From IMG/VR virus record IMGVR_UViG_3300028840_002886: DNA of 45,455 bases. One strand, given 5' to 3'. The position numbers were made by a program, and so were the translations under genes. The notes beneath the pieces were generated by a model. That model had not been told where the DNA came from. It did not search any database and worked only from the letters and a program-made list of their open reading frames with translations. Below are positions 1 through 7,067 of the stretch, piece after piece. The stretch comes from a virus. The first letter of the stretch is position 1. Each line of letters starts with the position of its first letter.

Positions 1-144
1 TTTTATAACTCGATTCCGCAATTTTGGTTATAAAACCATTTTCAAGTATAAGCAGCAAAAAGTGTTTGAAGTGTAAAGCTTTGTTACGCAAAGCTTTAGC
101 AATGGAGCCTATGGGATTCGAACCCACGACCTCTTGCATGCCAT
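1..144. repeat. Left copy of 144-bp direct repeat (attL-like)
   Basis: Read directly: 1-144 is identical to 45312-45455. Confidence 0.95.
103..144 (-). tRNA. 3' half of tRNA-Ala(GGC), anticodon loop to discriminator; partial, not an intact gene at this end
   Basis: Minus strand reads ATGGCAT-GCAAG-AGGTC-GTGGG-TTCGAAT-CCCAT-AGGCTCC-A. The next bases (145-149) cannot form the 5' anticodon stem. Confidence 0.8.
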
Positions 145-317
145 ATTGAACTGGCATAATTCTCTAACCGCCTATACTCTATAGATTTACAACTTAATTT
201 TTTGTTAGCAAATTACTTATGATTCAAAAAGCTGTGTCAATGAACGATTGCCAACGCCAGTAAATGACACAAAAATTATAATGCCGGTTATAAAAACAAC
301 TTACCATACCATCTTAT

Positions 318-596
318 TTATCTCATACCCCTCTGTATTGATTCATAACTCCCCTTAGCAACATTAAAGCCATCTGTCCAACCCTGTTGATATTGACTAT
401 CCGTTTCAAATCTATAAGTGTCTTTTGTAAATGTATAATAAGGATGTCCCGCTGCGACATAACCACTTGCACATCCATCAGCATAACCATCAGAATAAGA
501 GGCTGAAAACCCTCGATTTATCATTTGAGTGCGTACATCATTAGTATTACATCCAACTATAGATAGCAAAATTAAACAGCAAATAGTTTTTTTCAT
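318..596 (-). CDS. Small lipoprotein (cargo gene next to attL)
   Basis: 92-aa ORF. MKKTICCLILLSIVGC is a signal peptide with a lipobox Cys. Its start overlaps the stop of the upstream ORF (593-596). Confidence 0.7.
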   Translation of the reverse strand: MKKTICCLILLSIVGCNTNDVRTQMINRGFSASYSDGYADGCASGYVAAGHPYYTFTKDTYRFETDSQYQQGWTDGFNVAKGSYESIQRGMR

Positions 597-1234
597 TTAA
601 CACCTTCTGATTTTCTTAACAAATAAAAACACAAGCTAAATAACAGAAGCGTCGATGGCTCTGGAACAAGGATAATTGAAGCTCCCGACTCACGATAAAA
701 TTGAACATCAATGTCTTGCCCGCCTTCTAATGTTCCTGTTAATAAACCCTGCGTACTAACAATTTCACCCAAAGGCAGATTGAAATTTGTACCATATATA
801 TAGATATTACTGCTGTCATATGCCTTAATCTCATAGAATTCAGATGTTGACCTCATCACCCAAGGAACCACAGTCCCCCCTTGGATGTTTGCACAGCTAT
901 CGCCATAAACTGATATATCCGAGATTCGGCAGGGAAAAGTAAAATTTGCGATTGTAGAGATACTGCTCGGACTATCCGTAATTTCGATGCAACCATCAAC
1001 TGGGCGATATTGTTGGTATATGTCCAAATCTGAAACACTAACAACAACGCGTCCCGGAGGGCCTACCAGTTCGATAGTACCGGACAAGTTATCTTCTGCC
1101 CAGTCTGTCCAGTTAAAATCAATCTCGTTTGTTTGTCCGTTGTTGTAGTTGATAAGAGACGCTGATGCAAAATCAACAAAAAAATCGCAACCCATCCCAA
1201 AAAAAATAATTGCAGATAACACTATTTTTTTCAT
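593..1234 (-). CDS. Secreted PEP-CTERM sorting-domain protein
   Basis: 213-aa ORF with an N-terminal signal peptide (MKKIVLSAIIFFGMGC...FASA). The C-terminus VPEPSTLLLFSLCFYLLRK has the PEP motif, a TM helix and a basic tail. Confidence 0.75.
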   Translation of the reverse strand: MKKIVLSAIIFFGMGCDFFVDFASASLINYNNGQTNEIDFNWTDWAEDNLSGTIELVGPPGRVVVSVSDLDIYQQYRPVDGCIEITDSPSSISTIANFTFPCRISDISVYGDSCANIQGGTVVPWVMRSTSEFYEIKAYDSSNIYIYGTNFNLPLGEIVSTQGLLTGTLEGGQDIDVQFYRESGASIILVPEPSTLLLFSLCFYLLRKSEGVK

Positions 1235-1389
1235 AATGATTTATCTAAATTTTTCTTGTCAGGTTTTTGTTCGGGTTATATAATTCCGCTCAGTTACCAG
1301 TGGCGATTCAAACGAAGCAAAGAGCGGAAACCGCTACAAGGCAACATGCAAATCTTCGTAAAAAGGATTTTGCAAAATGAAACATAGAG

Positions 1390-1662
1390 TTACTTCTTCC
1401 TATGAGGCGGGCTATAAACTTGGCCTAAAATTGCGTCGTCTAATCCCTTCCGAAATTCTTCCCAAAACTTCTTGTCAACAGAAGGCTTGCCGGAAACTTC
1501 GAGGTGGGCTTGACGTTGAACAGAAGCGGGGAGATATTGCCAAATCACCATAGCGGCTGCAATACTGTCGCTATAATTACTTCCAACCTCATCGCAGTAT
1601 GTCTTAAACCTGTCGACAACTGCAACAGGCACTTTCCATCCTAACTGTGTTTTATCACTCAT
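1390..1662 (-). CDS. Ribbon-helix-helix-like DNA-binding protein, candidate lysogeny repressor
   Basis: The ORF is open to 1671, but the ATG at 1662 has GAGG about 10 nt upstream. LGWKVPVAVVDRFKTYCDEVG fits the strand-helix start of an RHH fold. Transcribed divergently from the early operon. Confidence 0.5.
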   Translation of the reverse strand: MSDKTQLGWKVPVAVVDRFKTYCDEVGSNYSDSIAAAMVIWQYLPASVQRQAHLEVSGKPSVDKKFWEEFRKGLDDAILGQVYSPPHRKK

Positions 1663-1735
1663 TTTCACCATGCCTCATTAACTGTATTATTTCTTAGGTT
1701 TTTCTACCTTACGTAACTCCTTACATAATAGCAAG

Positions 1736-1827
1736 ATAGAAAAAACTATAAAAAATTTATATTTATTTTAGTTTTTTCTATTGACAGTCGATATAGATTT
1801 AGCTATACTAAAGATAGATTAAGCTAT
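1736..1827. promoter_or_regulatory. Cluster of ATAG-N6-CTAT dyad sites (candidate operators)
   Basis: ATAGAAAAAACTAT at 1736-1749, tTAGTTTTTTCTAT at 1768-1781 (inverted copy of the first, 13/14), ATAGATTTAGCTAT at 1793-1806, ATAGATTAAGCTAT at 1814-1827. The last two are 21 bp apart and overlap or flank the -10. Confidence 0.55.
1781..1809 (+). promoter_or_regulatory. Sigma70-like early promoter (TTGACA-17 nt-TATACT)
   Basis: TTGACA at 1781-1786, 17-nt spacer, TATACT at 1804-1809, about 37 nt upstream of the ATG at 1846. Confidence 0.65.
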
Positions 1828-1845
1828 TACTTTTAAGGTTAAACA

Positions 1846-2049
1846 ATGGCAACACAAACAGCAAAAATCGAAACTAAAAAATTGCTAATTGACATTCCAT
1901 TGGAGCTTTACCAGCGGTTTCTGGCATCCCGCATTAGACGTGAATGCAACACAGATTCCGAAGGCATCCGTGCCGCCTTAAAAAAAGCTATCGAATCAGA
2001 CGGACTTTGTCAAGAACAAACTACCCAAATTAACAGCGAGGTATCTTAA
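1846..2049 (+). CDS. Ribbon-helix-helix (Arc/CopG-like) protein, candidate Cro-like regulator
   Basis: 67 aa. KKLLIDIPLELYQRFLA fits the RHH strand-helix. AAGG RBS 7 nt upstream. First gene of the rightward operon. Confidence 0.55.
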   Translation: MATQTAKIETKKLLIDIPLELYQRFLASRIRRECNTDSEGIRAALKKAIESDGLCQEQTTQINSEVS

Positions 2050-2247
2050 ATGCCTGAGCAGTATTTGACAGTAAACGATGTTGCAAAAATCCTGCAAGTG
2101 AGCAAGCGAACAGTACAGAGAAGAATGCCTGCTATGAGGGCTAAGGGTTTGAAGGTAGTTAAGGTCGGTCACTTTCCAAGAATTATAGAGTCATCGCTTG
2201 ATAAGGTTCTTTTGAAAGCAGCGGCGAGGGAAGAACCCCTCGTCTGA
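2050..2247 (+). CDS. Helix-turn-helix DNA-binding protein, excisionase-like
   Basis: 65 aa. LTVNDVAKILQVSKRTVQRR is typical of the excisionase/MerR-type HTH. Confidence 0.55.
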   Translation: MPEQYLTVNDVAKILQVSKRTVQRRMPAMRAKGLKVVKVGHFPRIIESSLDKVLLKAAAREEPLV

Positions 2248-2265
2248 AGTGTTTGAAGCCCGTTG

Positions 2266-2294
2266 CCGGTGCGGGTTATCACCGGCATGTTTTA
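2266..2294 (+). terminator. Possible weak hairpin terminator
   Basis: CCGGTG (2266-2271) pairs with CACCGG (2280-2285) across an 8-nt loop. A short T run follows after 3 nt. Confidence 0.3.
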
Positions 2295-2408
2295 TGAGAT
2301 TTATAGGCAAAATAATTTGTTCTTTCACAAAAAGACACAGGCTTAGGTATTTCGATGAGAAGCGGTCTTATTGTTATCGATGTTGCCGGATGATTGAAAA
2401 GTAAATAT

Positions 2409-2482
2409 CGCGGGGTAGAGCAGTCAGGTAGCTCAGCTGGCCCATAACCAGCAGGTCGCAGGTTCGAATCCTGTCCCCGCAA
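2409..2482 (+). tRNA. Phage-encoded tRNA-Met(CAT) with bacterial initiator-type features
   Basis: Hand-folded cloverleaf: CGCGGGG/TA/GAGC-AGTCAGGTA-GCTC/A/GCTGG-CCCATAA-CCAGC/AGGTC/GCAGG-TTCGAAT-CCTGT/CCCCGCA/A. C1 x A72 mismatch and A11:T24 pair. No encoded CCA. Confidence 0.85.
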
Positions 2483-2569
2483 TTGGTGGGGTTGGTATTT
2501 GGTTCGTGCTCCCCTCAAAAGCTCAGCCGCCAACCCCACAAAAGGTTTAATAATTAAGTGGATGTAGCT

Positions 2570-2695
2570 ATGAAAAAGATTTGGAGACTTATTGTTGATG
2601 TGTGGTTTTTGGCTCGGTTGCTTTTTGCAGCTTGGCGGGACCAACAAAACGATACTGCACCTGCTGAACTTAAAGAGGGGGAGCATTCGTTATGA
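2570..2695 (+). CDS. Possible 41-aa hydrophobic peptide
   Basis: ATG at 2570. Stop overlaps the next start (ATGA at 2692-2695). MKKIWRLIVDVWFLARLLFAAW. Below the ORF-track size cutoff, weak RBS. Confidence 0.3.
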   Translation: MKKIWRLIVDVWFLARLLFAAWRDQQNDTAPAELKEGEHSL

Positions 2696-2997
2696 AAACA
2701 GCCGTCAGGCAAACCAGCATAGATGCCTATCACAGCATTGAGAATCTTAATCAACAAGAACAAGAGGTGCTTACTGCAATCAAGGTTTTGGGTGAAACTT
2801 GCATTGCTGATGTAGCTGCTTATCTCGGCTGGGAAAAATCAACTGTAGCTGCTCGAATGAATACGCTCAAACCCCCAGATGATAATCACCCCGACAGAAA
2901 AGGCCTTCTGGTTTTCGTTGACAAACGAAAGAGTGAAACGACTGGCATTAACAGTGAATTTTGGAGAGCTAAGTTTTTCGGAGAAACATTGTTTTGA
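2692..2997 (+). CDS. Winged-helix (MarR-like) DNA-binding protein
   Basis: 101 aa. SIDAYHSI...QEQEVLTAIKVLGETCIADVAAYLGWEKSTVAARMNTL matches the phage wHTH pattern. Confidence 0.55.
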   Translation: MKTAVRQTSIDAYHSIENLNQQEQEVLTAIKVLGETCIADVAAYLGWEKSTVAARMNTLKPPDDNHPDRKGLLVFVDKRKSETTGINSEFWRAKFFGETLF

Positions 2998-3021
2998 AAT
3001 AAATTTTTAGGAGACCTTCAC

Positions 3022-3306
3022 ATGGAATTACCAGAGCTAACAATCAAACGAGAGGATGAGGGATGCCTGCATATTATCCCTAATGATGAAACAGACTTTT
3101 TGGCTTTTGTGGACTTGGCTAATAGCCCTGAACTCCGAGAGCAGATTAGCAAAGAAATCGTTCATCGATGTAAGCGTTTTGATGGAATTTTGTTTGCCCT
3201 TAAGCAGGTAAATGAATTTCTCAAATACAACTCAACTATACCGCTAACCCTGCGAATCGAAGAAATAGTCAAAAAAGCGATCTCCAAAGCAGAGGGGAGG
3301 GAATGA
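3022..3306 (+). CDS. Hypothetical protein
   Basis: 94-aa ORF with a GGAG RBS, co-oriented with its neighbours. Confidence 0.5.
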   Translation: MELPELTIKREDEGCLHIIPNDETDFLAFVDLANSPELREQISKEIVHRCKRFDGILFALKQVNEFLKYNSTIPLTLRIEEIVKKAISKAEGRE

Positions 3307-3512
3307 TGAGCAATAGCATTATCTGCGAATCACACTTAAAGAAATTTATCAAGCAAAAAGCAGAATCACTTAGGCCGGGATGGGAATGCAAATATGTTAG
3401 CCGAGAGGCTATTGAAAAGCTTGAAGCTAAATTTCGCAGCATTGTAATCAGCAGCATTAAGCAACATCCATCTATAGGAAAGACATTTAAGCAGGTGATT
3501 TTTTTGAAATGA
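3303..3512 (+). CDS. Hypothetical protein
   Basis: 69-aa ORF whose start overlaps the upstream stop (ATGA). Confidence 0.45.
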   Translation: MMSNSIICESHLKKFIKQKAESLRPGWECKYVSREAIEKLEAKFRSIVISSIKQHPSIGKTFKQVIFLK

Positions 3513-3619
3513 GTAATAACAAGAAATACCACTGTCGCGGTGAAAATTATTATCCAACTAATAATGAGCCTAATGCCTATGAAGATGAACACGCTCTCGG
3601 TGTTGGCTCAATGATGTAA
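3509..3619 (+). CDS. Possible 36-aa peptide
   Basis: ATGA overlap with the upstream stop. MSNNKKYHCRGENYYPTNNEPNAYEDEHALGVGSMM. Confidence 0.25.
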   Translation: MSNNKKYHCRGENYYPTNNEPNAYEDEHALGVGSMM

Positions 3620-3629
3620 AGGTTTTGTT

Positions 3630-3926
3630 ATGTGTGACTATTTAAGAGAGCACGGTGTTTGTTGTGGTGAGTGCGACAGGCAGATTGCTCAAGTGTCTAC
3701 TGAAAATATGAGCAATCAGGCAAGAGATATTATGGAACGCTTCAACGGATGGCCCAGAAGAAATGAAGCACTTTACAGGCATGAAAGCCTACTAACAAAA
3801 CTGTTTAAGAAATACAACCTTGAAACCATGTGTACGGTTTGTTGTGCGATTATGCCTACATCACGAAGGCAGGTTAAATGTGCTGTTTGTGGCAGTTCTA
3901 ATACTTGTAGTCCTTACTATTGTTAG
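3630..3926 (+). CDS. Cys-rich (zinc-finger-like) hypothetical protein
   Basis: 98 aa with CCGECD, CTVCC and CAVCGSSNTC clusters. Confidence 0.5.
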   Translation: MCDYLREHGVCCGECDRQIAQVSTENMSNQARDIMERFNGWPRRNEALYRHESLLTKLFKKYNLETMCTVCCAIMPTSRRQVKCAVCGSSNTCSPYYC

Positions 3927-3945
3927 AGATTGAAAGGAAGTTGAT

Positions 3946-4875
3946 ATGCCAATTACCGAAAAGCAAAAGGAACTAAGAAAACAGCATTTAGGCAGTTCCG
4001 ATGTTGCAGCTATTCTCGGAGTTGACCCTTGGCGAAACGCCTATGATGTCTGGCTTGAGAAAACCGGTCGAGTTGAAGACTCAAAAGAAACTGAAGTGAT
4101 GTATGCCGGAACGATGTTTGAGGATGGCATATTAAAGTATGCGGAAGGGCAGCTTGGTAAACTTATACGCAATCAATATAGGTCTGCAATTGGATTTCCT
4201 ATCGCTGCTAATATTGACGCTATCGTAAAAGAAAGTGGCGAACCAGTTGAAGCTAAAACAGCAGGTTTATTCGGACCGGTTACTGAAGAATGGGGAGATG
4301 GGGGAACCGACCAGATACCAGATAGGGTTATTATTCAAGTTCATGTTCATATGCTATGCACCGACAAAGATATTTGCCATATTCCAGCATTCATTGGCGG
4401 CAAAGGTTTTAATATGTTCATGGTCAAAAAAGATGATGAAATTATGAACATCATCATGGACCAGTCAATTGAATTCTGGGGTTATGTCGAAAACGATTGT
4501 CCACCGCCGAATTGTATGCCGTCCATGCCGCTAATCAAAAGAATGAAGCGTGAACCTAATAAGGTCACAGAGATTGACCCTATATTAATCCAGAATTGGG
4601 AAAACGCAAAAGCAAGTCTAAAGTTGGCACAAGAAATCGAAGAAGGTGCTAAAACTGAAATGCTTGCGGCTTTGGGCGAGGCAGAGGCCGGTACTTTTGA
4701 ACGAGATGGACTGCAGATGACACTTACATTCTTTGAGCAATCTCGGCGATATGTGGATTCGAAAAAGCTAAAAGAGGACTACCCTGATTTGTACAAGATG
4801 TATGAAAAGGTAAGTGTTTTTCGAGTACCAAGAGTTAAGAAGCCTAAAAAAGATTGGGCAATACCTACCAACTAA
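3946..4875 (+). CDS. YqaJ-type viral recombinase exonuclease (PD-(D/E)XK)
   Basis: 309 aa. HLGSSDVAAILGVDPWRNAYDVWLEKTG is the YqaJ N-terminal signature. Sits directly upstream of RecT. Confidence 0.85.
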   Translation: MPITEKQKELRKQHLGSSDVAAILGVDPWRNAYDVWLEKTGRVEDSKETEVMYAGTMFEDGILKYAEGQLGKLIRNQYRSAIGFPIAANIDAIVKESGEPVEAKTAGLFGPVTEEWGDGGTDQIPDRVIIQVHVHMLCTDKDICHIPAFIGGKGFNMFMVKKDDEIMNIIMDQSIEFWGYVENDCPPPNCMPSMPLIKRMKREPNKVTEIDPILIQNWENAKASLKLAQEIEEGAKTEMLAALGEAEAGTFERDGLQMTLTFFEQSRRYVDSKKLKEDYPDLYKMYEKVSVFRVPRVKKPKKDWAIPTN

Positions 4876-4900
4876 CATTTTTTTGCAAAGGAGGTTTGTA

Positions 4901-5941
4901 ATGGCAAACCAAAAATTAGCTATTATCAAAGACAAAAATACTCTTAAGGAACTACTGTCTAATGATACATTCAAAGAAGCTCTTAGCAATATAGCGACAA
5001 AATATATGACCGCCGATAAGGTAGTCAAAATTGCTTTATTGGCTGCGAGCAGGCAACCTAAGCTGTTTAATTGTACAAAGCAGAGTTTTATCCAGTCTGC
5101 AATTAAAGCGGCTGAGTTAGGACTCGATTTTGCGGGCCAAACAGGGCAGGGTTATTTAATTCCTTATGGCAGCGAATGCCAGTTTATTCCGGGCTATCAA
5201 GGCTTACTTGAGTTAGCTTATCGTAGTGGTCAGGTTAGCTACATAGATGCCCAAATAGTCTATGCAAAAGACAAATTTGATTATGACTTGGGCGATAAGC
5301 CGTTTATTTCATTCAAGCCTAATTTACTTGAAGATGACAGAGGAAAACCAGTATGCGCATTTGCTATTGTAAGGCTCAAAGGCTCTGAATACCCAAAGGT
5401 TGAGCTAATGACCTACAAACAGCTTATGGCTGTTAAGGGTCGCAGTAAGGCTGCTAATAACGGGCCGTGGAAGACTGATGAGCCGGAAATGATGCGTAAA
5501 ACAGTAGTACGCAGAGCGTTTAAGTACATTCCTAAAACCCCCGAAATTGACACAGCACTTGAAGCTGATAATCAGATGTATGACTTAAATGCTCAAGCTA
5601 TAGCTGAAAATATGAATGCTGGCGTCGATGGTCTTAAGGACCGTCTTAATCAACAGAATGGCAAAAAGCATATAGACTCAAAAGAAGTCCCAACCACAGA
5701 AAATTTAGGCGATGAACAGGACGCAGAAACAAAAGCTAAGGTTGAAGAACAAAGAAAGAAACTACAGGAAACAGATAAACAAGAACCACAGTTTGTCTAT
5801 GTTTGCAAAAGTTGTAAGGCTGAATTTGATGAGCCAAAGCAGGGGAAGGGTGGAGTAGCTTTATGCCCAAGATGCTCTTCATCGAAGTTTGAAGCTGTTG
5901 AAAAGGAACTGGCAGGAACAAGTAGCAACTTAAAAACCTAA
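4901..5941 (+). CDS. recT: RecT-family single-strand annealing protein with C-terminal zinc ribbon
   Basis: AGGAGG RBS then ATG at 4901 (the ORF is open from 4814). RecT-like core (QSAIKAAELGLD...GYLIPYG...GYQGLLELAYRSG...RKTVVRRAFKYIP). The tail has CKSC...CPRC. Confidence 0.85.
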   Translation: MANQKLAIIKDKNTLKELLSNDTFKEALSNIATKYMTADKVVKIALLAASRQPKLFNCTKQSFIQSAIKAAELGLDFAGQTGQGYLIPYGSECQFIPGYQGLLELAYRSGQVSYIDAQIVYAKDKFDYDLGDKPFISFKPNLLEDDRGKPVCAFAIVRLKGSEYPKVELMTYKQLMAVKGRSKAANNGPWKTDEPEMMRKTVVRRAFKYIPKTPEIDTALEADNQMYDLNAQAIAENMNAGVDGLKDRLNQQNGKKHIDSKEVPTTENLGDEQDAETKAKVEEQRKKLQETDKQEPQFVYVCKSCKAEFDEPKQGKGGVALCPRCSSSKFEAVEKELAGTSSNLKT

Positions 5942-5967
5942 GCTGATTCAGGGAATGGAGTCTCGAA

Positions 5968-6525
5968 ATGAAGTTCAAGGGGCATACTGATAATGGAAAT
6001 CCATTGACCAACTGGAAAAAGATTTATGCACAATGCCGAAAGTATCATCAATTTATTATAGAGGTTCGAGAGTATAGCCAAGAGGCTGAAATCAGCATGG
6101 CCCAGATGGCCTATTGGCATTGCATGCCAATAAAGCTCTTTTCAGAGCACACTGGATATACGCTTTGGAAGTCAGAGCAATGGCTCAAACGTGAATGCGG
6201 TGCTCAGTGGTTCATGTTGGAGGTCGAGGAGGAATGCACTAAGCGTGGTCAAATCATGTTTGAGTGTCAAAATCCACAATGCAGACAGTTGTTTTTACTG
6301 CCAGGCAAACTGCGTGGCAAATACGTATGTCGAGATTGTCATTCAACAAATATCCGGATGTTCTTCATGCTGAGTAAAACCGAATTGAGTGTAAATGATT
6401 TTACTCAGGTCTTGCAGAACACTTGGGATTTCATGGAGAGCATCGATTGTCATTGTCCGCCTCCGGACCCTCAATGGCGAATTAATCAATCAAAAGAAAA
6501 AGAAAGGGAGTTGGTACATGGCTAA
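5968..6525 (+). CDS. Hypothetical protein with zinc ribbon
   Basis: 185 aa with CQNPQC...CRDC. Confidence 0.5.
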   Translation: MKFKGHTDNGNPLTNWKKIYAQCRKYHQFIIEVREYSQEAEISMAQMAYWHCMPIKLFSEHTGYTLWKSEQWLKRECGAQWFMLEVEEECTKRGQIMFECQNPQCRQLFLLPGKLRGKYVCRDCHSTNIRMFFMLSKTELSVNDFTQVLQNTWDFMESIDCHCPPPDPQWRINQSKEKERELVHG

Positions 6526-6934
6526 TTTTAATAAAGTTTTTCTGATTGGCAATTTAACCAGAGACATCCAGCTTGCATATACACCTAACCAAACTGCGGT
6601 TGCAAGTTTCGGATTAGCGACCAACCGCAAATTCAAAAAGAAGGATGATTCAACTGGTGAAGAAGTTTGTTTTATCGATTGTGTTGCTTTCGGCAGGTCA
6701 GCGGAGACTCTTAATAAATATGTGGGCAAAGGCAGCCCATTGTTTATTGAAGGTAGGCTTAAATTTGATAGTTGGACTGCACAAGATGGTACTAAGCGAA
6801 ACAAATTAAGCGTACTTGTCGAGAGTTTTCAGTTCCTTCCAAGTGGTAATAATCAACAGCAGTCTCAAGGCGGTGGAGTTAATCCGGACTATGACGAAAA
6901 CTATGTGCCTCCAGATGATGATATACCTTTTTAG
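6518..6934 (+). CDS. ssb: Single-stranded DNA-binding protein
   Basis: ATG at 6518 after AGGGAG. MANFNKVFLIGNLTRD OB-fold start, Gln/Gly-rich linker, acidic tip DDDIPF. Confidence 0.92.
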   Translation: MANFNKVFLIGNLTRDIQLAYTPNQTAVASFGLATNRKFKKKDDSTGEEVCFIDCVAFGRSAETLNKYVGKGSPLFIEGRLKFDSWTAQDGTKRNKLSVLVESFQFLPSGNNQQQSQGGGVNPDYDENYVPPDDDIPF

Positions 6935-7067
6935 CAATTCCCTGTGAAGGGACAGGAAGTGAAAGCCCGCTTCCCTCCGAAAAGTAGGCTTGACGGCAGC
7001 CAGAGGCTGCAACTTTGAAAACTGAATTGAATGGATTGACCCGATTGCGGGTCAAGGACGACTGGTA

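Noticed and set aside
103-185. Possible complete minus-strand tRNA at the left end
   Set aside because: Only the 3' half folds. Bases after 144 cannot form the 5' anticodon stem, and no AGGCTCC-complementary acceptor strand follows. It is an att-associated fragment.
2486-2539. 10-bp inverted repeat GTGGGGTTGG / CCAACCCCAC just after the tRNA, considered as a terminator or second RNA gene
   Set aside because: The loop is 34 nt, no U tract follows (AAAAGG), and I could not fold a tRNA-like or other recognisable structure. Left unassigned.
2279-2686. 135-aa minus-strand ORF in the track
   Set aside because: It runs antisense straight through the tRNA-Met gene and the flanking spacer. It has no RBS and a low-complexity translation, so it is spurious.
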